A stretch of DNA of 20,000 bases. It comes from an uncultured virus (IMG/VR IMGVR_UViG_3300010885_060749). Its lineage: Duplodnaviria; Heunggongvirae; Uroviricota; Caudoviricetes. Below are positions 8,840 through 15,806 of this stretch, piece after piece (the first letter of the stretch is position 1; the number at the start of each line of letters is the position of its first letter). The notes under the pieces were generated by a model, which was given only the letters and a program-made list of their open reading frames with translations, did no database searches and was not told the DNA's origin. Both the position numbers and the translations under genes were made by a program. Location: IMG/VR virus record IMGVR_UViG_3300010885_060749; one strand, 5' to 3'.

Positions 8840-9283
8840 TTATTTTGTGAGTCTGTCAGCTATTGTTGCAGCAGCCCAAGCGTCTGGCTTGATTGTCGGA
8901 GAGAATCCCATACCAGAAATGTAATTCTGAGCTATTTTTGCGACCCGATTAGACTTGTTCTTGGGATTCGACGCGATATCAGCGTGAACGTGTATTTGAA
9001 GATTAGGATTCATCTTTCTTATCTGATCGGCTACAGTAACTGAGCTGTGAACTTCAGACAGGAGCCTGTCCTCAAGACACGCGTAAGTTGATCTAACTCT
9101 TTTGTCTCTTTTGAAGAAATACTTACCGCCCCGTCCGGGCCAGTAGAGACAAATGACCGAGGCAAAGACCCAAGAACCTGACGAAAGCTGGGAATCCGAT
9201 CCCACAAACACCTGGCACTCGTTGTCAATTTGAGAAATTATCTGTGAGAAATCGTTTTGATTTCCGCTCGGGTCTAACCACAT
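8840..9283 (-). CDS. Ribonuclease H-like YkuK (DUF458) family protein
   Basis: Motifs VFVGSDSQ, GRGGKYFF, RLLSEV..S, VHADI and IKPDAWAAATIADRLTK. Confidence 0.85.
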   Translation of the reverse strand: MWLDPSGNQNDFSQIISQIDNECQVFVGSDSQLSSGSWVFASVICLYWPGRGGKYFFKRDKRVRSTYACLEDRLLSEVHSSVTVADQIRKMNPNLQIHVHADIASNPKNKSNRVAKIAQNYISGMGFSPTIKPDAWAAATIADRLTK

Positions 9284-10506
9284 TTGTCAACCTCCAAAAT
9301 GGTGCTACACTTGGTCAGAATAGAAATGAAAGATTTAGAGCTCGATGTTCCAGCTTTTAAAGCTGAGAATGGAAGAAGCGTGCCGGAGTAATTAACTACG
9401 CCGGAAGACATGCACGATTTTGCGTATCGAAGTCCAAAATCAACACGATCTCTTTGAATACCGGAAAGTGACTTCTTGTCAGCACCGATCTTTATTGTTA
9501 CGAGACCAGAACCAAGTGCGCCAAGACGACGCCGGATGAGATCTGACTGATCTTGATCGCAGCTTGATAATTTTGATGCTAATCTAGAAACAACGTTAGA
9601 AACTCTATTCTCTTTAAACTCAATCTCAGTAGATGACAAGTTACAGACAATTTGATCAGCAGCAACGCAGGAATCTAGATCAACCGATGAGATAAGCTGT
9701 CCTTTGTCCGCCGATACAGGTTCCGCGCCAAAGCAATTCGCAAGATCTGCCATCCCATTCACTCCAACTTCATCGAATGGAATCACCACAGGAACCACTC
9801 GTGCCGTCTGTCTCTTGATGTTGACGGCTGAGGTCGCGATGACCTCTTCGTTAAATCCTCTTGCGAAGATAACAACGGGAATTTTTTTGTCGTAAGAGTC
9901 TTGAAATATCCTATGACACTCTGAGACGCTTTCAATGATTCCATCGATAAAGACTATTTTGCAATTCTGGACTGCAATTTTAGATTGACCCGCAGCTGCA
10001 AAAAAATCTGACGGTGGATGCCATCGACATGATTGCGTTCCGTAGGTGATCTCTGTCTTTTGAACGTCACTAGAGTCTAAGACGATCTTTCCGTTTCTCC
10101 CAGCTATCGAAATTGAATCAACCACAATGTCAGAGACTATTTGGTCAGATAGAGACAGCAGACTCTTCCTAAGATCATCCACACTGAACCTATGACCAAA
10201 GTCCAGATCTAAGTTTTTTGATCTAGCGATCTCAGAAAGAGCAACAAAAGAACCACCAGCGCTTTGCTGCTCAGCGTCAAGCAAGCATTTTAGAAGGAGG
10301 TTCCTGGTGGGAGACTCAGGAACAGTTTCTGAAATAGCTCTAATACTCTCACATTCGCAAAGAGAGATTGAAGAATCTCCAAGATTTACGAAAATACTTC
10401 TTTCTTTTAACTTTCTAAGAAGATCAGAAGCAAAAGATCTCCAGAGCTTTTGGCTGTTTTCGGGATTTTTTGTGAGTCTGCGCTTCATCGTTTGAATTGT
10501 ACTCAT
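9274..10506 (-). CDS. Degenerate GroEL/cpn60-like protein (410 aa)
   Basis: Apical-domain-like segment NCKIVFIDGIIESVSE...PVVIFARGFNEEVIAT..VN...MADLA. RRRLGALGSGLVTIKIGA resembles GroEL ERLAKLAGGVAVIKVGA. No GDGTT motif. Confidence 0.72.
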   Translation of the reverse strand: MSTIQTMKRRLTKNPENSQKLWRSFASDLLRKLKERSIFVNLGDSSISLCECESIRAISETVPESPTRNLLLKCLLDAEQQSAGGSFVALSEIARSKNLDLDFGHRFSVDDLRKSLLSLSDQIVSDIVVDSISIAGRNGKIVLDSSDVQKTEITYGTQSCRWHPPSDFFAAAGQSKIAVQNCKIVFIDGIIESVSECHRIFQDSYDKKIPVVIFARGFNEEVIATSAVNIKRQTARVVPVVIPFDEVGVNGMADLANCFGAEPVSADKGQLISSVDLDSCVAADQIVCNLSSTEIEFKENRVSNVVSRLASKLSSCDQDQSDLIRRRLGALGSGLVTIKIGADKKSLSGIQRDRVDFGLRYAKSCMSSGVVNYSGTLLPFSALKAGTSSSKSFISILTKCSTILEVDKCG

Positions 10507-10537
10507 TCGATGGTTAAGAGATAAACGATGGTGAACG

Positions 10538-10969
10538 TTATGTTGATCTATTCTTAACGGTCGACTCTGCCCAGTCGATAGCTCCCAGAAGATAAGGATA
10601 GCATCTTCTTCTCATTTCGTCCCAAGTGAGCCAATGATAGCCATCGTGCTCGTACTGCTTTGTTTCGGGATTCATGAGTATCTCCGGCTCCTGATCCGTA
10701 GATGCGATGTAGACGATAACATCTTTGTGAGGGCGTTCGGAAACGAAATAATGGTTCCCCCACAGCATGTCAGATGAAGAAACATTGATACCAGCTTCTT
10801 CTCTGCACTCTCTCACTGCAGCATCAATATCACTTTCTCCAACCTCAACGTGTCCTTTTGGGATATCAATCTTTCCCCACACTCTGAGACCGAGTACTTC
10901 CCACGTTGTACCGTTTCTTCGAACAATTACGAAACCAGCTGATCTTTCTTTTTGTTTTTTCGCTTTCAT
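10538..10969 (-). CDS. NUDIX hydrolase (Ap4A hydrolase-like)
   Basis: Nudix box PKGHVEVGESDIDAAVRECREEAGI, plus SAGFVI and EHDGYHWL. Confidence 0.9.
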   Translation of the reverse strand: MKAKKQKERSAGFVIVRRNGTTWEVLGLRVWGKIDIPKGHVEVGESDIDAAVRECREEAGINVSSSDMLWGNHYFVSERPHKDVIVYIASTDQEPEILMNPETKQYEHDGYHWLTWDEMRRRCYPYLLGAIDWAESTVKNRST

Positions 10970-11030
10970 AATGACCTAAAGTTAAATAGATCTTATAAAC
11001 AACTTCCGAACAAGTTCAGATGCAGGGAAC

Positions 11031-11504
11031 TTAACGGTAAATTTTATCCTTACCAACTTTCTGCGCAAAGTAGCTGAGCAATGAACCACCGGCAATGTTA
11101 GCTTGCCATTCTATCGGACTAAGGTGGTGAGGTTTCGTTATTTTTTCAGGGACAAGACCTAATTCGTGCTGTCTGAGATGAAAAACCTCATGAGCGATAG
11201 ATCTTAGCATATCAGCCAAAGATCTCCCATGACAGTAGATCTTGATTCTATTTTCGCTGAATGAGCAAATTGCAGTTGTTACGATGTGCGATCTCTTCCT
11301 ATTTGCGCTGAGAAAGCATTTATACTCTCCCTCAAGTTCTAAAGAGTCGACGCAAAGAGACAGAAAATCTCTAATGATTTTCTGGTCCTTCTTTTCAATC
11401 TTAAGGCCCTTGTCAATAAAAATAGAAAAATTCGAGGTCTTATTGATCTCAACCCCGTCTTCCAGTTTGGACATTAGGCTTTTGACAAGCTGCGATGTTT
11501 TCAT
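11031..11504 (-). CDS. HExxH zincin-like metallopeptidase domain protein
   Basis: LRSIAHEVFHLRQ with a downstream E.QAN motif. Confidence 0.7.
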   Translation of the reverse strand: MKTSQLVKSLMSKLEDGVEINKTSNFSIFIDKGLKIEKKDQKIIRDFLSLCVDSLELEGEYKCFLSANRKRSHIVTTAICSFSENRIKIYCHGRSLADMLRSIAHEVFHLRQHELGLVPEKITKPHHLSPIEWQANIAGGSLLSYFAQKVGKDKIYR

Positions 11505-11516
11505 GCATCTTAAATA

Positions 11517-12008
11517 TCACGACTTGGACTTAAGCGCATCAACGAGTGTGGAAGACGATTGAACTTTTCCTCCTCCAACATTGAAAATCACTTGAGTTCC
11601 CATTTGCTCGCAAAGGTCAAACTCGGGAACGTTCGAGGCTGCGTCCCTGTCTCCCCCTTTTGTGAATGCGAAGGGTTTCAAAATAGCCAGGGCACCCGTG
11701 ACAGTCTGACTTCCATCGTCCCATGGAACAACGTAATCGACCCCCTTCACACCTGCGATGATCTCCATCCTTTCGGATGCTGGCATGAATGCGTATCCTT
11801 TCTTGCGCAGAAGAAAGCCGTCACCATTGACGATGACGGCTAGTTTGGTCCTTCCACCGATCTTCTGCGCAAGACTAGCAGACTCTATTAAGCAACGTAA
11901 ATGACCGACGTGCATCGGATCAAATCCACCTGATGTGACGATGAGTCGCTCGCTCTTTATGTCTGCAAGAATGCGAAGATCATCGACTGAATCAAGAATC
12001 TCTGACAA
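11517..12008 (-). CDS. Cytidylyltransferase-like nucleotidyltransferase (TagD/RfaE/RibL family)
   Basis: SGGFDPMHVGH (HxGH), ERMEII..VKGVDYV, KGGDR and QSSS. TTG start with AGGAG RBS. Confidence 0.9.
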   Translation of the reverse strand: MSEILDSVDDLRILADIKSERLIVTSGGFDPMHVGHLRCLIESASLAQKIGGRTKLAVIVNGDGFLLRKKGYAFMPASERMEIIAGVKGVDYVVPWDDGSQTVTGALAILKPFAFTKGGDRDAASNVPEFDLCEQMGTQVIFNVGGGKVQSSSTLVDALKSKS

Positions 12009-12016
12009 AGTATCTC

Positions 12017-13645
12017 CTAAGTTTTGTGAATAGACTCGCGGAACGACTCAGGAAACATGTCCCGCTGCTGTCCGTAAAATCTATCCCAATCAGAGTCCAA
12101 GATATAGGAGATTGCATGATCATCTGCAGAGCGGATTGAACGACCGAGTGATTGGATGATGGTCTTTGCAGTCTGAAGAGGGTACCACCAGCTCCACTTT
12201 CGCATGCGCTTCTGGACCAGCTTGTCACCAAGGTAAGGATACGGCACCTTACAGATGATCTGGAATCGACTTAGGTCTCCCTTGAGGTCAACTCCTTCAG
12301 TCATCGATGGGGTTACGAGAACCGTCGGCTCCTTGCTGCTGATGTGCTGGTTGAGAACATCCTCACGATCCTCGGACTTGTGAGTCAAGAGACGCTTACT
12401 CCTGATGTTCTTCATGATGTAGCTGGACACCTTGTAAGAATGGCAGTGGATGATGCCCTTCTCGTTCGGGTGAGCGGCGAGGATCTGCCGGACCGCCTCG
12501 GCAAGCTTCGGAAGAGTGTTGTCAATCTCCGCAGCACTCATCTTACCGATCGAGCTCACGAGAACGGGTCGATTCTCAACCGGGAAGGGAGACGGAAGGC
12601 TGATGAAAGCCGTCTGCTCGAGTGGAATGCCGAGACTTTCACAGAATGCACGCTGATTGAGGATCGTGGCGGAGAGCATGAGAACCTTTCGACCGAACTT
12701 GAACAGCGACTGCTCCGAGTACGGAGAGATATCGATGGGCTTGAACTCGAGCCGACGGGTCTTTCGATCTTCAGTCTCGGTGATGTTAAAGACCCAGTTG
12801 TCCTCATCGAAAAGATCGATGAATCGATTCACCTTGCACATGTGCTTGTCAAGCATCTCAATCTGACGCGATAGAGCGTCGAACTCCTTCACCTTCTCAC
12901 GAAGACCAGCATGCTGCTCGAACATCGCCTCGATATGCTTTAGATGAGAGGTGAGCTTCGTGATGTAGACGTTTTTGATCCAGTCGAATGCAGCTCGCTC
13001 GCTGTTGAGAGTCTTCGGCATCTGGAGGTTCAGAACAGTCTGGGCAAACTTCTCAGAAACTGAGACCTCGATAAACTTGCTGAGCTCGGAATCTGAGTTG
13101 TGAGCCTCATCGATAACAAGAACATCACGGGGAAGAAGCTTGCCCGCGTAGGTCGTTTCAGCCATGAAGTAGGAGAAGTTAGTGATGGACTCCGGAGATT
13201 CCATGAACTTTCCCTTTGCTTCCTTGTAATTGCAGCTGAACGAGCAGGTACGGAAAAACTTGGAGGTCTTGTCCTGCTCGAGCTTGAGAAGCCGCTGCGA
13301 CTCACCACAAGACTGCTTCTTGTGGTACTTGCACTGGTAGTTCGAACTCGACTTAATCGAGGTCATCGGGCCCTTGCAACCGCCGAAGTCATCAAGGTAC
13401 TGCTCCTGCAGGATCTTCTGGGTCGTGAGGAAGTAAGACCCTCGCTTGTAGTCCTCCTGATGGGGAAGCCAGTTCGAAAGAGCTCGAGAGATGCAGACAC
13501 CGATGGCGGATTTGCCGACACCGGTCCCTGCCTCGACAATAACGAACCTCTTTCCGCTCTCAAACTCGCTGAGAGCGAACTCGATCGCCTCACGCTGCTG
13601 GTCACGGATTGCGCCAAACGGGAAGAAGCTCTCGTACGAAATCAT
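12017..13645 (-). CDS. DinG/Rad3-family ATP-dependent DNA helicase
   Basis: Q-motif RDQQ, Walker A EAGTGVGKS, a Cys cluster, DEAH, LSAT, EGVDLKGD, KVPYP and QSLGRSIRSADD. Confidence 0.92.
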   Translation of the reverse strand: MISYESFFPFGAIRDQQREAIEFALSEFESGKRFVIVEAGTGVGKSAIGVCISRALSNWLPHQEDYKRGSYFLTTQKILQEQYLDDFGGCKGPMTSIKSSSNYQCKYHKKQSCGESQRLLKLEQDKTSKFFRTCSFSCNYKEAKGKFMESPESITNFSYFMAETTYAGKLLPRDVLVIDEAHNSDSELSKFIEVSVSEKFAQTVLNLQMPKTLNSERAAFDWIKNVYITKLTSHLKHIEAMFEQHAGLREKVKEFDALSRQIEMLDKHMCKVNRFIDLFDEDNWVFNITETEDRKTRRLEFKPIDISPYSEQSLFKFGRKVLMLSATILNQRAFCESLGIPLEQTAFISLPSPFPVENRPVLVSSIGKMSAAEIDNTLPKLAEAVRQILAAHPNEKGIIHCHSYKVSSYIMKNIRSKRLLTHKSEDREDVLNQHISSKEPTVLVTPSMTEGVDLKGDLSRFQIICKVPYPYLGDKLVQKRMRKWSWWYPLQTAKTIIQSLGRSIRSADDHAISYILDSDWDRFYGQQRDMFPESFRESIHKT

Positions 13646-13707
13646 TCTGATGTCCTCATGGGTGTGTAGTCAATTGTAAACTGCACAGCAGGTATGAACA
13701 GAAAGAT

Positions 13708-14010
13708 TTACTTGAATTTTGGCTTGTTCGGATCGAAACCCGGAGAGTTTAGCAGACTCTTGTAGGCTCGATCAGCTTTGTCACGTGCCCAAAACATCGC
13801 ATCATTCTCCGACTTGAAACGACGCGATGGTGTCGAGAGCGAATCATCATCATCAACTTTAACCTGGGCGATGTAGACCCCGCCGACCGGATCAGCAGTG
13901 ATCATAACGTGGACACCAGGGTAATCTTTCCATGTGAGCGGGTCGGGTCGAGGAGACTTCAGGTCACGCCCAAGCTCCTCACGTATCAATTTTCTGAGAA
14001 GCTCAATCAT
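13708..14010 (-). CDS. Hypothetical protein (100 aa) with N-terminal LRKLIREEL motif
   Basis: ATGA overlap with the upstream ORF; plausible composition. Confidence 0.7.
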   Translation of the reverse strand: MIELLRKLIREELGRDLKSPRPDPLTWKDYPGVHVMITADPVGGVYIAQVKVDDDDSLSTPSRRFKSENDAMFWARDKADRAYKSLLNSPGFDPNKPKFK

Positions 14011-14171
14011 CGCAGCTGGGACTCCGCAATCTTAACCTCACGGGATGCACTCCGGAGCCTCTGGAGCACCGCGGCATCCTGTAGGTCCAGTAACCTGGCT
14101 GCCTGCTCCAGATCCTTTAGCGCCCTCCGGAGTAGCTGTTGCGCCCTTATTTTTTGGTCATCCGTTGCCAA
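14007..14171 (-). CDS. Small helical hypothetical protein (54 aa)
   Basis: Start moved to the TTG at 14171 (GGAG RBS and ATACTTA motif upstream). The longer track ORF runs through a terminator hairpin. Confidence 0.55.
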   Translation of the reverse strand: MATDDQKIRAQQLLRRALKDLEQAARLLDLQDAAVLQRLRSASREVKIAESQLR

Positions 14172-14200
14172 GGTTTCGTCTCCATCCTTAAGTATGCCCC

Positions 14201-14235
14201 AGAAACAGTTTGGGCTCGCCGAAGCGAGCCCAAAC
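14201..14235 (-). terminator. Intrinsic terminator with cUUCGg tetraloop
   Basis: Minus strand GTTTGGGCTCGC-TTCG-GCGAGCCCAAAC (12-bp perfect stem) followed by TGTTTCT, just after the lysozyme stop. Confidence 0.75.
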
Positions 14236-14242
14236 ACTATCA

Positions 14243-14761
14243 TCAATCGATCATAATTTTTTCCATGAGCTTGACACGCTCACGTGCTTTTCGCTCCTTG
14301 TGTTTCGGGCGTTCGATCTCCTTGCAGAAAGCGAGAGCGTGCTGAGTAGCAGTTCCTTCACTTTCTTCGAGAGCCATCACACGCTCGTTCTTTCGAACAG
14401 CTTTTGCGATACGATCTACCGATGTGACCACATCTCTCATCTCTTCCTTCGTCATGTTGTGGCCAAGACCTTTCGGGTTGAGCTGAAAGATGCCACGCTC
14501 ACCAGCTTTGCCAACAACAGAAACATCAAGACCACTCTCGGCATAAGCGTTGACAAGTGCTCCGATAATGAGCTCATTTGAGAATCCATGCTCTCTCAAA
14601 CGCTCCTCAACTTGATGAGCTACAGCTTCTTGATCTGAGTCAAGAATGAACAATGAAGTTACAGGGAATGGATTAGGAGCAGGCTGCGGTGGGACCGCAA
14701 CCTTAGATGGCCAAAGAAAAACTCCTAAACAACAGGCCAGCAGAAGGGCCCTACTCATCAT
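14243..14761 (-). CDS. Lysozyme-like muramidase (phage tail lysozyme-like fold) with N-terminal signal/anchor
   Basis: GFS....GALVNAYAESGL, GERGIFQL and AFCKEIERP. Hydrophobic N-terminus followed by a Pro-rich linker. Confidence 0.75.
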   Translation of the reverse strand: MMSRALLLACCLGVFLWPSKVAVPPQPAPNPFPVTSLFILDSDQEAVAHQVEERLREHGFSNELIIGALVNAYAESGLDVSVVGKAGERGIFQLNPKGLGHNMTKEEMRDVVTSVDRIAKAVRKNERVMALEESEGTATQHALAFCKEIERPKHKERKARERVKLMEKIMID

Positions 14762-15062
14762 TATCCGTGAGCTGATTCCCCGTGGCCTGAGCGATAGACC
14801 ACGCGCGGGCTCGAATGTCGAGCATCACCTCGCTGCGACGCCGACGCGGATTCCACCGATTACGAAACTTGGGATTGCTGCGCTGACGAAGGAGCTTGCG
14901 AAACTTGCGCTTGCAGACGCGTGCTTCTCTCTCTGACATGGAGGCGAGTGCCTCGTCGATGCTCTTCGGACGATCGTCCTTCGATGCGCATGCGACTGTC
15001 GGGTGGACAATCCCAAGCTGCAGGGCGACCAGATCGCTGAAAATTTCGATTTGCCTGTACAT
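14751..15062 (-). CDS. Arg-rich hypothetical protein (103 aa)
   Basis: Strong AGGAGG RBS; overlaps the downstream gene start. Confidence 0.65.
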   Translation of the reverse strand: MYRQIEIFSDLVALQLGIVHPTVACASKDDRPKSIDEALASMSEREARVCKRKFRKLLRQRSNPKFRNRWNPRRRRSEVMLDIRARAWSIAQATGNQLTDNDE

Positions 15063-15075
15063 GTTTACCTCCTAG

Positions 15076-15117
15076 AAAAAACCGCCGGGCCCCGATAAAT
15101 ATTCGGCGACCCGGCGG
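15076..15117 (-). terminator. Intrinsic terminator downstream of the tRNA cluster
   Basis: Minus strand CCGCCGGGTCGCCGA-ATATTTA-TCGGGGCCCGGCGG followed by TTTTTT. Confidence 0.8.
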
Positions 15118-15332
15118 ATGTTTACTGACCCCCAGTACCGTGAGGACGTTCAACTGGTCAAACAACGGTCTGGTCACTGAAGCTGATCGGTACGACCTGC
15201 GTGTTATAAGACCGGAGAGACCTCGGTCCCAATCTCGAGCGCTCAGACCCGTGGATTGCAATAAGTTTGTGCCTCTCGAGCGCGCAACCCCATGATTTTG
15301 CACGCTACTGCAGTTGACGAATCAACAGCATC

Positions 15333-15407
15333 TGGTGATCCCACTGGGAGTTGAATCCAGCTTACGAGATTGAAAGTCTCGAGTCCTAACCGATAGACGA
15401 TGGGATC
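15333..15407 (-). tRNA. tRNA-Glu(TTC)
   Basis: Cloverleaf with GATCCCA/TGGGATC acceptor, CGAGA-CTTTCAA-TCTCG anticodon arm and encoded CCA. A53.C61 mismatch in the T-stem. Confidence 0.92.
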
Positions 15408-15411
15408 GATG

Positions 15412-15485
15412 TGGTTGGGGCGCAAGGATTCGAACCTTAATTCGCGGGGTCAAAGCCCGCTGTCCTACCGTTGAACGACGCCCCA
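15412..15485 (-). tRNA. tRNA-Gln(TTG)
   Basis: TGGGGCG/CGCCCCA acceptor, GCGGG-CTTTGAC-CCCGC anticodon arm, GGTTCGAATCC T-arm and encoded CCA. Confidence 0.95.
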
Positions 15486-15527
15486 ACATGGTTCCGTTTT
15501 TTGGAAGGGTTTCCTGAAACCTTCAGA

Positions 15528-15806
15528 TGGTGGGCCCTGTGGGAATCGAACCCACAACCTTGGGATTACATACCACTTCGACTTTCGTCGCCTTTGCAGT
15601 TCGTGGTCTGGACTATACCATCACCCTCGTCTTTCTCGTTAGGGTGCAGCCCCTCTAGTCTCTACACGTTCCCTTTCGGGCTTCGCTCGGGATTGTCATC
15701 AGCATTACCTGTTAAGAGTTCCCCGAATTTGGGCTGTGTTCGACAGAGATTTCTCCCTGAAGCTTCCATTGAAAGTCCCTTGCTCTGCCAGTTGAGCTAA
15801 AGGCCC
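15528..15806 (-). tRNA. tRNA-Lys(TTT), split by a group I intron (exon 1 15806-15772, exon 2 15568-15528)
   Basis: Joined exons give a 76-nt cloverleaf: GGGCCTTTAGCTCAACTGGCAGAGCAAGGGACTTT|TAATCCCAAGGTTGTGGGTTCGATTCCCACAGGGCCCACCA. Confidence 0.92.
15569..15771 (-). ncRNA. Group I self-splicing intron (IC3/Azoarcus-like, 203 nt, no ORF) between anticodon positions 35 and 36
   Basis: P1 CUUU|C-AAU-GGAAG with a U.G pair at the 5' splice site; P2 CAGGGA-GAAA-UCUCUG; P3 CAGCCC/GGGCUG; P element AAAUUCGGGGAA with P4 UCGGG/CCCGA; R GUGUAGAGACUAGA; S GGUAUAGUCCA (P7 GACUA/UAGUC); P9-region CGAC-GAAA-GUCG; terminal omega-G. Confidence 0.93.

Noticed and set aside
12344..13679. Long plus-strand ORFs (176 and 189 aa) opposite the helicase
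   Set aside because: They are fully antisense to a well-supported gene, have no motifs, and are explained by codon bias.
15180..15200. GCAGGTCGTACCGATCAGC resembling SRP RNA helix 8
   Set aside because: It lacks the GNRA tetraloop and the AGCAG strand of the conserved SRP motif.
15290..15332. Possible HDV-like (theta) ribozyme directly after the tRNA-Glu CCA
   Set aside because: I could only form a simple hairpin with a TTCG loop; no nested double pseudoknot or catalytic J4/2 was found.
15486..15527. Spacer between tRNA-Lys and tRNA-Gln with a small hairpin and GGAACCA near its end, a possible tRNA remnant
   Set aside because: It is too short and has no T-loop or D-loop consensus, so it cannot be distinguished from an ordinary spacer.
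14860..15800. Track ORFs 14860-15303, 15243-15425 and 15471-15800
   Set aside because: They overlap tRNAs, the intron or a terminator, and have no recognisable protein features.
15765..15806. Reading the interrupted tRNA as tRNA-Glu because the unspliced sequence shows CTTTCAA
   Set aside because: The CAA belongs to the intron. The U.G splice site and omega-G give a CUUUUAA loop, and the body (GCTC/GAGC D-stem, A73) fits Lys.
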